Assembly (NCBI RefSeq): GCF_035084215.1 | Contig: NW_027139247.1 | Coordinates: 434,001 to 498,000, forward strand | Source: Heptranchias perlo | Lineage: Eukaryota | Length of the DNA stretch: 64,000 nt | Reading direction: 5' to 3' | Shown: in pieces, positions 38,201-48,248 of the stretch | How the letters are laid out: every line of letters starts with the position of its first letter | How positions within the stretch are numbered: the stretch's first letter is position 1 | Notes under the pieces: model-generated | What the model saw: only the letters and a program-made list of their open reading frames with translations | Databases searched by the model: none | Told to the model about the DNA's origin: nothing | Program-made: the position numbers and the translations under genes

Positions 38201-41200
38201 GAAGTGCCTTGGGGCATTTTACTACGTTAAAGGCGCTATATAAATGCAAGTTGTTGTTGTTAGTTAACATAAAGATGCTTTGATCTACGGGTGAGCTGCA
38301 TTTGCTGAAGTACCACATAAGAGATTTATATTGTGTATTGTGACAGCACTATTCCCGGCCAGAATGGAGATGATTGGGTATTTCCCCTGTCAATCATGCT
38401 GTAAGTGACTGGGATTGATTTTACACACATCAGTTGTATTATGTAACTATCCTCCACTCACTGCAATTTGCTGGAGAAAGAATCATTTTTAATGTATAAC
38501 TATCTTCCACTCACTATATGGAGAAATCACCTTGCTTTTATCGGGAGATGTTGCTGCAGATTCTGTATCCTCTGGTTCGTGGAGACCTTTTTAAATAGAC
38601 TCTGTAGACTGTTTTCTGTTGTGCATTGTTTAAATAGACTGTTTGCTGAGTAATAAGAATTTGGTTGTTATAAATCCCGCCCAGCCTCCAACTCATTGTC
38701 TGACGTAATGGTGTTCATAGATACACTGGCGATTCATTGCAAAAGTAATGGTACAATGATTTAAGGAGGGTTTGACCATCATGGGATTAAAAAGTCTGTT
38801 TCTGGACTCCTGGCACGAGCCAGAAGCACATGTTGCAAAATTGTACACCGCCATCCCGGAATCTTCCATCTATTCATCTTCACCGAAATGTTTACTTTAT
38901 GAGTTGTGAGGTAGTTGGAGGGCAAAAAGGAAAGTGTGGGTGAGATGCGAAATGTTGTTAAACGAGAACGAAATGGTGAGTGGTTTTCCATGGAGGTCAG
39001 TGTTACTGATGACACCAACTGCAAATCCTGCCGAGAATTCCGAAAGGAAGTAGATAGGCTTCCAGGAAGGGCAAATGGGTGGCAATGGAAGACCATTAAA
39101 AATGCTACATTTTTGAAGTAATTACAGGGAATTGGAAATGCACTGAACTGATAATGTGTAAAATGGAGTAGAGCAGCAGAGTGAGATTTGTGTGTGGATA
39201 CACAGGTCTTTAGGGCACCAGGGCTAGTAGATAAGGCCATAAAAAGGCAATCTATTTCTTTGGTTTTGTATTGATGGGTATAGAGTACAAAACAATGAGG
39301 TGATGTTCAACTTAGGCCGCAATTGAGGTATTGTGTGCCGATTAAGAGACCCAATTATAAAAGCAATGGAAAGGGTGCAGTGTGCATTCACCGGGAGGTT
39401 ACTAGGGACAGGGGATTACAGTTATGAGCAGAGACATTAGAGCAATGTTCACAGGAGCTGAGGAGGTTAAGCAGGACACGGATAGGCCTCCTCAACATTA
39501 TGAAAGGTTACGGTGGGGAAAGTAATAGATTGCTTCCACAACTGAGCCAGACAGTAAAGAGAGGGCAGAAATGTAAGATAATCACATAATTGAAGGGGAC
39601 ATTTGAAAAAATCTTTGCACAGCGTGTGGTTTAAATGTTTCAAACCAATTCCAGGTAAGAAATCTATATCTGTGCTCCTGACCTGCATATCACAAGACTG
39701 CAGACAACCAACCCCATTTGAATTGATGGTACTGCTGAGAACATCAAACAGCATCATGATATTCAGACACGTCCCAAATGACATAAGAAGTCAAGTACTA
39801 TAAAACCCTGAGTAGTCATCACACGTAGCATCATAGGATGATACAGCACAGAATGAGGCCATTTGGCCCATCGTGCCTGTGCCAGCTCTTTGAAAGAAAG
39901 AGAAAGAACTTGCATTTATATAGTGCCTTTCACGTCCTCAGGATGTCCCAAAGTGCTTTACAGACAATTAAGTACTTTTGAAGTGTAGTCTCTGTTGTAA
40001 TGTAGGAAATGCAGCAGCCAATTTGTGCACAGGAAGATCCCACAACAGCAATGTGATAATGACCAGATAATCTGTTTAGTGATGTTGGTTGAGGGATAAA
40101 TAATGGCCAGGACACAGGGGAGAACCCCCCTGCTCTTCTTTGAATAATGTCAGGGGATCTTTCAGTACTGCACTGAAGTGTTGGCCTAGATTTTAGGCTT
40201 TGGAGTGGGACTTGAACCCACAACCTTCGAACTCAAAGGCAAGAGTGCGACCCACTGAGCCACAGTTGACGGGGGGCTAGCCACCTAGTCCCACTCCCCT
40301 GCTCTTTCCCCATAGCCCTGCAAATGTTTCCCCTTCAAGTATTTATCCAAGTCTCTTTTGAAAGTTACTATTGAATCTGCATGCTGCCAAAATAGTGATA
40401 GGATGGCCATTTTGACGTAGTAAATACACTACCATGTAATAGATTTCAGTGACACAGTTAAAAAAAATGTTAATGACCCAAAACTATTCAAATGAATGAT
40501 GAGACTCCACATTTTTAAAAGTTAATTTTTAGTTGTTTGGCAGTCATTAAGACTTTTAAAACTTAGTTTAGACCTGGTATTTTTAAGTGTACCTGTTTTG
40601 TGGTGGTATTAATTACTTTCCAGCTGGGCAGGTGAGCAAGTTGGCGCTTTTACAATGATTTCACTGATTGCAGCCAGCGGTCTCCGTTTAATTCGAAGCT
40701 GTCATATCGCCAGCGAACCAGCAGGAGCAAGTTCTGGATTTCCACGTTGCACTGCGCATGTGTGAACTCTGGAATTTGCCCCTCCATTTTGTCACTAACA
40801 ACAGTGAGCACTATTGAGCTCACCATTATTTTGCAAGTAATTACTGCCCCAATAACATTTAACAGAGACGTAACCGCTGAAATGCAGTTCGTCCAATTAC
40901 AATGTTATGAGATCTGTGTGAGAACCAGTTCAGTGACCCAGTTAATAGGATTCACATTTGGAAGGAACATGTACAAATTTAACTCCCCACCCCGACACAC
41001 ACACAGACACACACATGCACAACAACATACACACACAACACATCGAGTTACATTGAAGATACAGCACTGAAACAGGCCATTCGGCCCATTTGGTCTATGC
41101 TCCACACAAGCCTCCTCCCTCCCTACTTCATCAAACCCTATCAGGCTACCCTTATATCCTTTCTCACTCGTGCTTATCTAGCTTCCCCTTAAATGTATCT

Positions 41201-42545
41201 ATGCTATTTGCCTCAACCACTTCTTGTGGTAACGAGTCCCACATTCTCACCACTCTGTGGGTAAAGACATTTTTCATGAATTCCCGATTGGATTTATTAA
41301 TGACTCTTATATTTACCACCTCTAATTTTGGACTCCCCCACAAGTGGAAACATTTTCTCTATATCCACCCTATGAAACCCTATCATTATCTTTAAGACCT
41401 CTATGAAGTCACTCCTCAGCCTTAAAAGAGTCCCAGCCTGTTCAACCTTTCCTGATAAGGATATCCTCTCAGTTCTGGTATCACTCTTGTGATTTTTTTC
41501 TGCACCTTCTCCAGTGCCTCCATATCATTTTTATAATATGGAGACCAGAACTGTGCCCAATACACCAAGTGTGGTCTAACCAAGGTGCTACACAAGTTTA
41601 ACATAACTTCGTTATTTTCCAATTCTATCCCTCTAGAAATGAATCCCAAGTGCTTGATTTGCATTTTTATGGCCTTATTAACCTGTGTCGCTACTTTTAG
41701 TGGTTTGTGTATCTGTCCCCCCAGGTCCCTCTGCTCCTCTACCCCATTCAGACTGGTTTGGCCTCCTTATTCTTCCTACCAAAATGCATCACCTTACACT
41801 ATATTGAAATTAATTTGCCAATTACACGCCCATTCTGCAAGTTTATTAAATGCCTTCTTGCATTTTGTCGCAGTCTTCCTAAATATTAATTATACCCCCC
41901 AACCACCACCAATTTGGTGTCATCTGCAAATTGTACTCCTGATTCCCGGGTCCAAATGGTTAATGTAATGAGGTCCAAAGTACAGCAACTTGCCACAGTA
42001 TCAGCGCCACACATTTTAAAATCTTGTCACTACTGGGAAATGACTCTAACGAGTAAAAATAAATATAACTGGAAACGACTCCACTTTGACAAAACAAGTG
42101 GCCGAAGACACTTTGGTCTTTTCACCTTGTACTTTCTCACTGCGTCCCGGACCGGCAGGAACCTGTGGTCTGAATGTGCGGGAGAATCTCGACAAATGAC
42201 ACAGATCAGAGTCTGATCCTCCTCACAGAAGAGCTTCAGTTTCTCATCGTGTTCCTCACAGTGAGACCGACCCTCCTCTGGGTCCAGGTCCAGGGTCAGG
42301 TCCAGCTGCCGAGCTTTCTCGCAGAGATTGGCCAACACCCTGGCATTTCTATACCATTTCTGGGGGAAAACCACCCGACATTCCGGGCAGGACACGGTCT
42401 CCCCCTGCTTGTCCCAACACTTGTCGATACAGGATTTACAGAAGTTGTGATCACAGTCCAGCCGCACCGGCTACACAAACAGAGAGAGGCAGACGGAGCA
42501 GGTTAAATCCTCACTCAGGGTTACGATCTGTTTGCTGGCGGCCAT
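16742..42545 (-). CDS. Six-exon RING-Bbox-coiled-coil-PRY/SPRY TRIM gene (TRIM39/69/35-like), ~507 aa, with an in-frame TAG at codon 25
   Basis: join(complement 42126-42545, 36938-37033, 36451-36684, 18845-18867, 18536-18753, 16742-17274); all introns GT-AG, phases 0,0,0,2,1 compatible; 96/234/23-bp internal exons are typical of B30.2 TRIMs. Confidence 0.9.
17442..17592. mobile_element. Degenerate palindromic MITE
   Basis: Shares gtagaaat...gccgcccgttata...gatttct motifs with 17729-17906 and 36731-36904. Confidence 0.5.
17729..17906. mobile_element. Palindromic MITE (Harbinger-like)
   Basis: Arms gaaatttgtcttgggctgtg...tatctcatggaccgcccgttatac / gtataatgggtggtccatgagata...cacagctcaagacaaatttc. 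Confidence 0.7.
18536..18753 (-). CDS. TRIM exon 5: acidic linker + pre-PRY segment
   Basis: cattcag acceptor, gtgag donor; [11 protein letters not shown]...[34 protein letters not shown]. Confidence 0.88.
18845..18867 (-). CDS. TRIM exon 4 (23-bp micro-exon)
   Basis: tgcag|GAAATTAAAAGATTGCCAGAAAG|gtgcgt = EIKRLPER. Confidence 0.85.
22373..23049 (+). repeat. 5' LTR
   Basis: TGTAAGAATATTGG...GAATCTGTTACA; TATA-like cataaaaa near 22740. Confidence 0.9.
23053..23070 (+). promoter_or_regulatory. Primer-binding site, tRNA-Arg(ACG)
   Basis: TGGTGAGCCAGCCAGGA is complementary to the vertebrate tRNA-Arg(ACG) 3' end ...TCCTGGCTGGCTCGCCA (one G:U); 3-nt spacer after the LTR. Confidence 0.8.
23212..24800 (+). 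pseudogene. gag relic (N-terminal coiled coil + capsid C-terminal domain)
   Basis: [12 protein letters not shown]...[21 protein letters not shown] coiled coil; MHR-like [18 protein letters not shown]...[14 protein letters not shown]; several stops and frameshifts. Confidence 0.7.
26610..28158 (+). pseudogene. env / fusion glycoprotein relic
   Basis: Heptad segment ([22 protein letters not shown]), [11 protein letters not shown], Cys-rich [24 protein letters not shown]-terminal [22 protein letters not shown] just before the 3' LTR. Confidence 0.65.
27535..27778. mobile_element. Foldback MITE inserted in env
   Basis: ~85-bp inverted arms GGGGGTGATTTTAAATCCCAAGAACGGGTGGG... / ...CCCACCCGTTCTTGGGGGTTAAAATCACCCTC; 3-bp flanks cat/ctt. 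Confidence 0.85.
28205..28937 (+). repeat. 3' LTR
   Basis: TGTAAGATTATTGG...GAATCTGTTACA; AATAAA near 28888; visibly diverged from the 5' LTR (indels and substitutions). Confidence 0.9.
29023..29943 (-). pseudogene. CR1 ORF1 (zinc finger/leucine zipper + SGNH esterase), disrupted
   Basis: CNSC...[24 protein letters not shown] and [11 protein letters not shown]...[17 protein letters not shown]. Confidence 0.85.
30120..32735. repeat. Two-phase minisatellite (39-bp unit changing to a 29-bp unit at ~32070)
   Basis: cctcccctggtgctcaacatcgctactctccactccact, then ctcctcccctggcactcagcgtcactccg. Confidence 0.97.
33005..33332. mobile_element. Probable Harbinger-type MITE
   Basis: Termini ggggggatttc... 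/ ...aaaattccccc. Confidence 0.45.
34461..36139. mobile_element. Non-autonomous Harbinger element (copy A) with Myb/SANT relic and captured CR1 3' end
   Basis: Imperfect TIRs gggcgctaaattgg / ccaatttttccccc; [24 protein letters not shown] on the minus strand; colinear with 52533-54192. Confidence 0.82.
36451..36684 (-). CDS. TRIM exon 3: coiled coil (234 bp)
   Basis: ttttag|[28 protein letters not shown]...[10 protein letters not shown]|gtaact; open frame. Confidence 0.9.
36731..36904. mobile_element. Palindromic MITE filling most of TRIM intron 2
   Basis: gtagaaatc...cctgttata / tataacagg...gatttccacccc; same family as 17729-17906. Confidence 0.55.
36938..37033 (-). CDS. TRIM exon 2: coiled coil (96 bp)
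   Basis: tttag|[32 protein letters not shown]|gtgagt. Confidence 0.9.
37217..38468. repeat. ~190-bp inverted repeat pair (37217-37412 / 38288-38468)
   Basis: gcagtgagtggaggatagttacat...tacccaatcatctccattctggccgggaa versus ttcccggccagaatggagatgattgggta...atgtaactatcctccactcactgc. Confidence 0.88.
37430..38260 (+). mobile_element. L2 LINE 3' fragment
   Basis: [40 protein letters not shown]...LQNSAAR-like segment, LHWLP; (ttg)n tail. Confidence 0.9.
39100..39630 (+). mobile_element. Old CR1 ORF2 fragment
   Basis: Degenerate agagtgagatttgtgtgtg...taggccgcaattgaggtattgtgtg motifs. Confidence 0.55.
39905..40270 (-). mobile_element. tRNA-derived SINE with L2-type tail, inserted in a CR1 3' end
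   Basis: Tail acttgcatttatatagtgcctttcac; tRNA-like head ggagtgggacttgaacccacaacc (B-box on the minus strand). Confidence 0.7.
41060..41940 (-). mobile_element. CR1 3' fragment
   Basis: [28 protein letters not shown]. Confidence 0.85.
42126..42545 (-). CDS. TRIM exon 1: C3HC4 RING + B-box2, premature TAG at 42471-42473
   Basis: [38 protein letters not shown]...CPEC...[34 protein letters not shown]...KYK|gtgaa. Confidence 0.93.
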
Positions 42546-42584
42546 GTCACCTCCACTCCCTCTTACTCTGGACTCCAAACCTTG

Positions 42585-42596
42585 ACTTTCAATTTC
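42585..42596 (-). promoter_or_regulatory. ISRE/IRF-binding element upstream of the TRIM gene
   Basis: ACTTTCAATTTC (+) = GAAATTGAAAGT (-), about 40 bp upstream of the ATG. Confidence 0.55.
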
Positions 42597-43009
42597 TTTA
42601 TTTGTTGCATATCAAAGGGCCAATAACAGATCGATGGTTTTTAAATTTGAAAAATACATACTTGAATCTCGACATCTTACTGGGAATGGGAAATGGGAGA
42701 GTGGATCACCGATTATCATCAAGACAGAGCACAAACTGGTCATTAACAGCACTGTAAAAGATGGTGGTCCCATCACTTCACCAGCGTTACATCTGTTGAG
42801 CAAAGAATTCACACCTGCTTCTAAAATGTTATTTGTAAATGTCAAATAAATCTTAAAAAGTAAATGCTGCTGATTAGAACAACTTGAAACAGTCGGTCCT
42901 TTTCAGAATTATGACTTAACACTGGTATCAGGGGGAAAAAGTCATTCTTTTACACCATTTATTTATTTAAACCACATTCAAAGTGAGCACAATAAGTTGT
43001 TCATTGAAT

Positions 43010-43490
43010 TGTAGAATCTTGCAGCACAGGAGGAGGCCATTCAGCCCATTGCACCTGTGCTGGCTCTTTGAAAGAACTATCTAATTAGCCCCACAGCCCT
43101 GTAGATTTCTCCCCTTCAAGTATTTATCCAATTCCCTTTTGAAAGTTATTATTGAATCTGCTTCCACCGCCCTTTCAGGCAGCGCATTCCAGATCAGAAC
43201 AACTCGCTGCGTAAAAAAAATTCTCCTCATGTCACCTCTGGCTCTTTTGCCAATTACCTTAAATCTGTGTCCTCTGGTTATCGACTCTCCTGCTAATGAA
43301 AACAGTTTCTCCTTATTTACTCTATCAAAACCCTTCGTGATTTTGAACACCTCTATCAAATCTCCCCTTAACCTTCTCTGCTCCAAGGAGAACAATCCCA
43401 GCTTCTCCAGTCTCTCCGAATAACTGAAGTCCCTCATCCCTGGAACCATTCTAGTAAATCTCCTCTGCACCCTCTCTAAGCCCTCGACAT
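43010..43490 (-). mobile_element. CR1 3' fragment
   Basis: ORF 43081..43470: [20 protein letters not shown]...FKRELDKYL. Confidence 0.9.
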
Positions 43491-44544
43491 TTCAACAATA
43501 GCAAAATGCAGGTGTCGATTGTCAGGTGAACTTCGTGCCGACACCAAGCGATGTGGAAATGGTCAAGATGAGTGCAGGTGGATGAACCGAGACAGAGCAG
43601 TGGTGGGAGGCGGCCACTGGAGGATGCTCACATCCCATTCATTGTACAAGGGCCCTCTCATGTCTTTGTGCCGACACTCGAGCTTCGGTTGTGCTGCAGC
43701 TGCCGGTCTCAGAACAGTTTGTGGAGTCCGATAGGCGGTCAGCAGACCTGATTTATACTGTGGATGGCACAGCAGTTAGCGACAAGGGAGTGCTGTTTGT
43801 GACTGGACAGTTCCACGACTCATCTTTAATGCTAGGAGATTGGGAATGGGAAACTTCTACTCTAAAAATCCAGGAACACATTGAAAAAAGAATGTACAAA
43901 TGGCCCGGGAGATCTTTACAAACTTGGCTTTGGATCATGTTGCAGCCAGGTCTTTGCTGGAGTTAGATCACCACTTTCACATGGGGCCTGTGCGGGTGTA
44001 TGGAGTGTGGGAAATGGGAATTTTCCCCTCTCTCTCTCTCCCTTTCTTTGAATACCTGCTGTAGACCTGCCGGGTGACTGAGTGAAGAGAGGGGCCTTCC
44101 TGCAACTCCATACCCAGTTAAGGCACTATGTGTTTCTACAGGCCAGCTCGCTTATATTCTGTCCGAATGATTGAAAGAGTTCCGATCTTTGCTGCACCCC
44201 AAGGCTTGAAGCCAGGATGATGTCAGTCGATCTCCTCCTCCACCTGCCCCGTGTTTTGTCTGCTGACGACCTAGATTTCTGCGAGTTCATTCCATGACCG
44301 TAAGACAATGTGCTCACCAGCAACGTCTCACTTATTCAGAGTTTAATCCTCAAATAAGGTGAAGTACCTACAACTAAGATAGCAAGATGGAGAAACGCTG
44401 TCCATCGAGTATACAGCTCTTGGGCTTAAACTTCCCAGATCCAATACAAAATCCCGTTACATTTATTGATTTATATATCTTGACTACAACTCCCCAATTT
44501 AAAATGTCCTTCCAAAGCATACACCTGCCTCTCTAAACTACAAG

Positions 44545-44583
<39 letters not shown>

Positions 44584-44652
44584 AAATGGAAAGACATTTA
44601 ATGAACATTTCAATTTGCCTGAAATCAGTGGAGTTTTTAAAACATTAATCAG

Positions 44653-44787
44653 ACAGGATTAATTGATTAAAGTAACTGCACTTTAACAAGGTGTGAAAAG
44701 CTTATTGAATTGCCCGAAACACAGGATTAATTGATTAAAGTAACTGCACTTTAACAAGGTGTGAAAAGCTTATTGAATTGCCCGAAA
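44653..44787. repeat. Perfect ~67-bp tandem duplication; (TA)n microsatellite nearby at 44550-44579
   Basis: acaggattaattgattaaagtaactgc...gaattgcccgaaa x2. Confidence 0.9.
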
Positions 44788-45334
44788 GCGCACTTAATAC
44801 GGTGTAAGAGGCGCCTTTGTAATTGATTTCAATTGTGTTGGAAATGGTTAGGGTTAATTGCCCGGTATAGACGGTTGCTCGCTATTAGCATGGACGGTAT
44901 AAGTTGCCGGGACTGTACATATGACCAATGGGTAAATTCTACCAATCATTAACATGGGCGAGATGGCATAATCTCAATGCAGTTTCCTTTCACTTTCCCA
45001 ATACCTCGTCGTCCTTACTCGAGGTGGCCGACTTGTTCAGTTGGAGCCTCTCACGGTACCACACTCTATCATGTACGGGTCCTTTCATACTCTGGGCTAT
45101 AGGAAGAATACAGGGCTGGTCTTCCACTGGGGAAGGTAAACTCATGACTTTCTGTTGTTTAACCCCCCATTAACCTATTATTTAACCCATGTCTCCTAAC
45201 AGTTTGATAAGTCATCCACCGAGGATGACCGTGTACGGTCCTGACTTCACAGATACAAAGTGTATTCCTCACCTAAACCTGTGCCCCCATTCCCCAAACC
45301 CAGAGGGAATGCTGTTTCCATAGCGACCAACTAG

Positions 45335-45850
45335 ACGCCCAACTCAGGACTGCAATCATTGAGTCCGTGTTTCATTTATTCACAGGGTGTGGGAGGCTGC
45401 AGCCCCTCTTCCACTATTTAAGGGGGCTGCTCCTCAAGTTCTGGCTGCACTTCAGTCCCACGCTCCTGATCTTTGCCTGCCCGGCGGGGGGGCGCGGGCA
45501 GGTCGGTGGATGTCCTCGTGGGCCTGCTCCTGGGCCTGTCCAAGGTGGCTATCCACAGGTCCAGGTTAGACGCGGCCCGTGGGGGCGGTCGCTCCGACTG
45601 TCTGCCTTTCTTCCGCGGCGTTCTCCGCGCCCGGGTGGCCCTGGAGAGGGAGCACGCGGTGTCTGCCGGTAGGCTCGAGGCTTTCCGCGACCGGTGGGCA
45701 CCGCAGGGGCTGGAGTGCATCCTGGGTCGATGTAATAAAATTATTATTTGACAATTATTTCGGTTTTATTTGCTGCACATAAAAACACACCCTAAACCCC
45801 CCCTTCTTATAAAAGGGGGGCCTAAACACATAAAAAAAGAAGAAACAAAA
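45335..45850 (+). mobile_element. Tx1/L1-clade non-LTR 3' end
   Basis: ESVFHLFTGCGRLQPLF and LLLGLSKVAIHRSR...LRARVALEREHAV...LEAFRDRWAPQG; C-run/G-run hairpin and A-rich tail; CpG-rich. Confidence 0.75.
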
Positions 45851-46087
45851 AGGATTGCAATCATTAGGAACAAGAGTCGGCCATTCAGCCTGTTCTACCA
45901 TTCAATTAAATCATGGCTGATCTGTATCTTAACTCCTTCTACCCCCCTTGGTTCCATAACCTTTAATACCCTCGCCCAACAAAAATCGATCAATCTCAGT
46001 TTTGAAATTTTCAATTGACCCCCAGTCTCAGCAGCTTTTTGGGGGAGAGAGTTCCAGATTTCCACTCCCCTTTGTGTGAAGAAGTGT

Positions 46088-46325
46088 TCTGCCCCCCACC
46101 CTATCAAAGACCTTCCCTTTTGTTCCTCCCTCCCCCTCCCACCTCCCTCTCCCACCTTCCTCCTTTCCCTGGCTCTGTACTTGCTTAAAAACTGTTTAAT
46201 CTTCAACTTTTTCTAGTTCTGACAAAGGGTCTTTGACCTGAAACGTGAACACTGCCTCTTTCACCACAGATGCTGCCTGACTTGCCGAGTGTTTCCAGCA
46301 TTTTCTATTTTTATTTCCGATTTTA
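46088..46325 (+). mobile_element. Penelope-like terminal fragment with a degenerate hammerhead, inside a CR1 fragment (45865-46500, minus)
   Basis: gtt-CTGACAA-agggtc-ttt-gacct-GAAA-cgtg-aac...cacagatgctgcctgacttgccgagtgtttccagcattttc. Confidence 0.65.
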
Positions 46326-46855
46326 AGGTTCTGCCCCCTTGTTCTGGACTCTCCCACCAGAGGAAATAGTTTCTCTCTATCTACCCTATCAACTCCTTTT
46401 AATCATTTTACACACCTCAATTAAATCACTCCTCAATCTTCTATACTCAAGGGAATAAAGCCTAGTCTATGCAACTTGTTCACACAAATTAATCCTTTTG
46501 GACCAGTCGATATCTCCCCACCCCCAAACCGACTGTCCCCCCCGGGCCGGGTTGGCCCCAAGACCGAACCTGATCCAGACGTAATTAAGATTAGTATAAA
46601 AGCACATCCAACCCGTGCCCTTTTCAATTGATGGGTTTGTTTTGGATTCTGATAGTTACCATTTCCTCACTCCCTCCACCTGCTCCTCTTTCCCACACCC
46701 CTCTCTTTCCTCCCTCACTCTCCTTTACCCCATCCCCTTCTGCTCCTTCATTTCCCTCCCCTGTCTTCACCCATTCCCCCTCTCTTCTCTCACTTCCCTC
46801 CAGCCTTCTCACTCCTCTTCCACTCCTCATCCACAGCCCCTCACCCGGAGAACTT

Positions 46856-47625
46856 GGGTTAGATACAGAGTAAAGCTCCCTCTACACTGTCCCATCAAAC
46901 ACTCCCAGGGCAGGTACAGCACGGGTTAGATACAGAGTAAAGCTCCCTCCACACTGTCGCATCAAACACTCCCAGGGCAGGTACAGCACGGGTTAGATAC
47001 AGAGTAAAGCTCCCTCCACACTGCCCCATCAAACACTCCCAGGGCAGGTACAGGGTTAGATACAGAGTAAAGCTCCCTCCACACTGCCCCATCAAACACT
47101 CCCAGGGCAGGTACAGGGTTAGATACAGAGTAAAGCTCCCTCTACACTGTCCCATCAAACACTCCCAGGGCAGGTACAGGGTTAGATACAGAGTAAAGCT
47201 CCCTCTACACTGTCCCATTAAACACTCCCAGGGCAGGTACAGCACGGGCTAGATACAGAGTAAAGCTCCCTCTACACTGTCCCATCAAACACTCCCAGGG
47301 CAGGTACAGCACGGGTTAGATACAGAGTAAAGCTCCCTCTCCACTGTCCCATCAAACACTCCCAAGGCAGGTACAGCATGAGTTAGATACAGAGTAAAGC
47401 TCCCTCTCCACTGCCCCATCAAACGCTCCCAGGGCAGGTACAGAATGAGTTAGATACAGAGTAAAGCTCCCTCTACACTGTCCCATCAAACACTCCCAGG
47501 GCAGGTACAGCACGGGTTAGATACAGAGTAAAGCTCCCTCTACACTGTCCCATCAAACACTCCCAGGGCAGGTACAGCATGGGTTAGATACAGAGTAAAG
47601 CTCCCTCTACACTGTCCCATCAAAC
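46856..47625. repeat. 63-67-bp tandem repeat, ~12 copies
   Basis: gggttagatacagagtaaagctccctctacactgtcccatcaaacactcccagggcaggtacagcac. Confidence 0.95.
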
Positions 47626-47814
47626 ATCTGAAGATGGAGCATGGGTGATATTCTGGGTGGTCCTGGCACGTACACCAGTTAAGAGTTTGCAACTTCAGGA
47701 GAATATGGGAGGAGAATGGAAGAAAATATATCGTTCGTGGAATTAACTACTGAAAATGGATCTTGTTGGTCAGCAGGTGAGGAACCTGCTGTTCTCTGCT
47801 CGTCTCTGACATTG

Positions 47815-48135
47815 TCTGTCTCTGCTGGACTCTGTCGCTTTCTGCTGGTCTCTGCCAGTCCCTTCTGGTCTCTGATGTTCTCTGCTGGTCACTGCAGAAC
47901 TCTGCCGGTCTTACTGGTCTCTGCCGGTCACTGCAGGACTCTGCCGGTCACTGCAGGACTCTGCCGGTCTCTACTGATCTCTGCCGGTCACTGCAGGACT
48001 CTGCCGGTCTCTACTGATCTCTGCCGGTCACTGCAGGACTCTGCCGGTCTCTGCTCATCACGGCAGGACTCTGCCAGTTTGTACTGGTCTCTGATGGGTT
48101 TTGCTGGTCTCTGATGAGCTCTGCTGGTCTCTCCT
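47815..48135. repeat. Degenerate short tandem repeat spanning the MHC-like cytoplasmic tail and 3' UTR
   Basis: Recurring ctctgccggtcactgcagga / ctgctggtctct modules. Confidence 0.8.
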
Positions 48136-48248
48136 GTTTTGCCTCTTGCTCCAGAAACCAATTCCGACGATGATGCCAAGAAGAGTGAGTGAGACGGCTG
48201 CTGCTCCAGTCCCAATCCCGACATTCGTGCCTCCTTCTGTCGCCCTCT
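48058..48248 (-). CDS. MHC-I-like connecting peptide + TM + cytoplasmic exon
   Basis: caatag|ERATEGGTNVGIGTGAAAVSLTLLGIIVGIGFWSKRQNRRDQQSSSETSKTHQRPVQTGRVLP*; hydrophobic span followed by basic stop-transfer residues; not present in the ORF track. Confidence 0.85.

Noticed and set aside
44129-44461. Possible solo LTR (TG...CCCGTTACA)
   Set aside because: No clean TSD and no second copy in the window.
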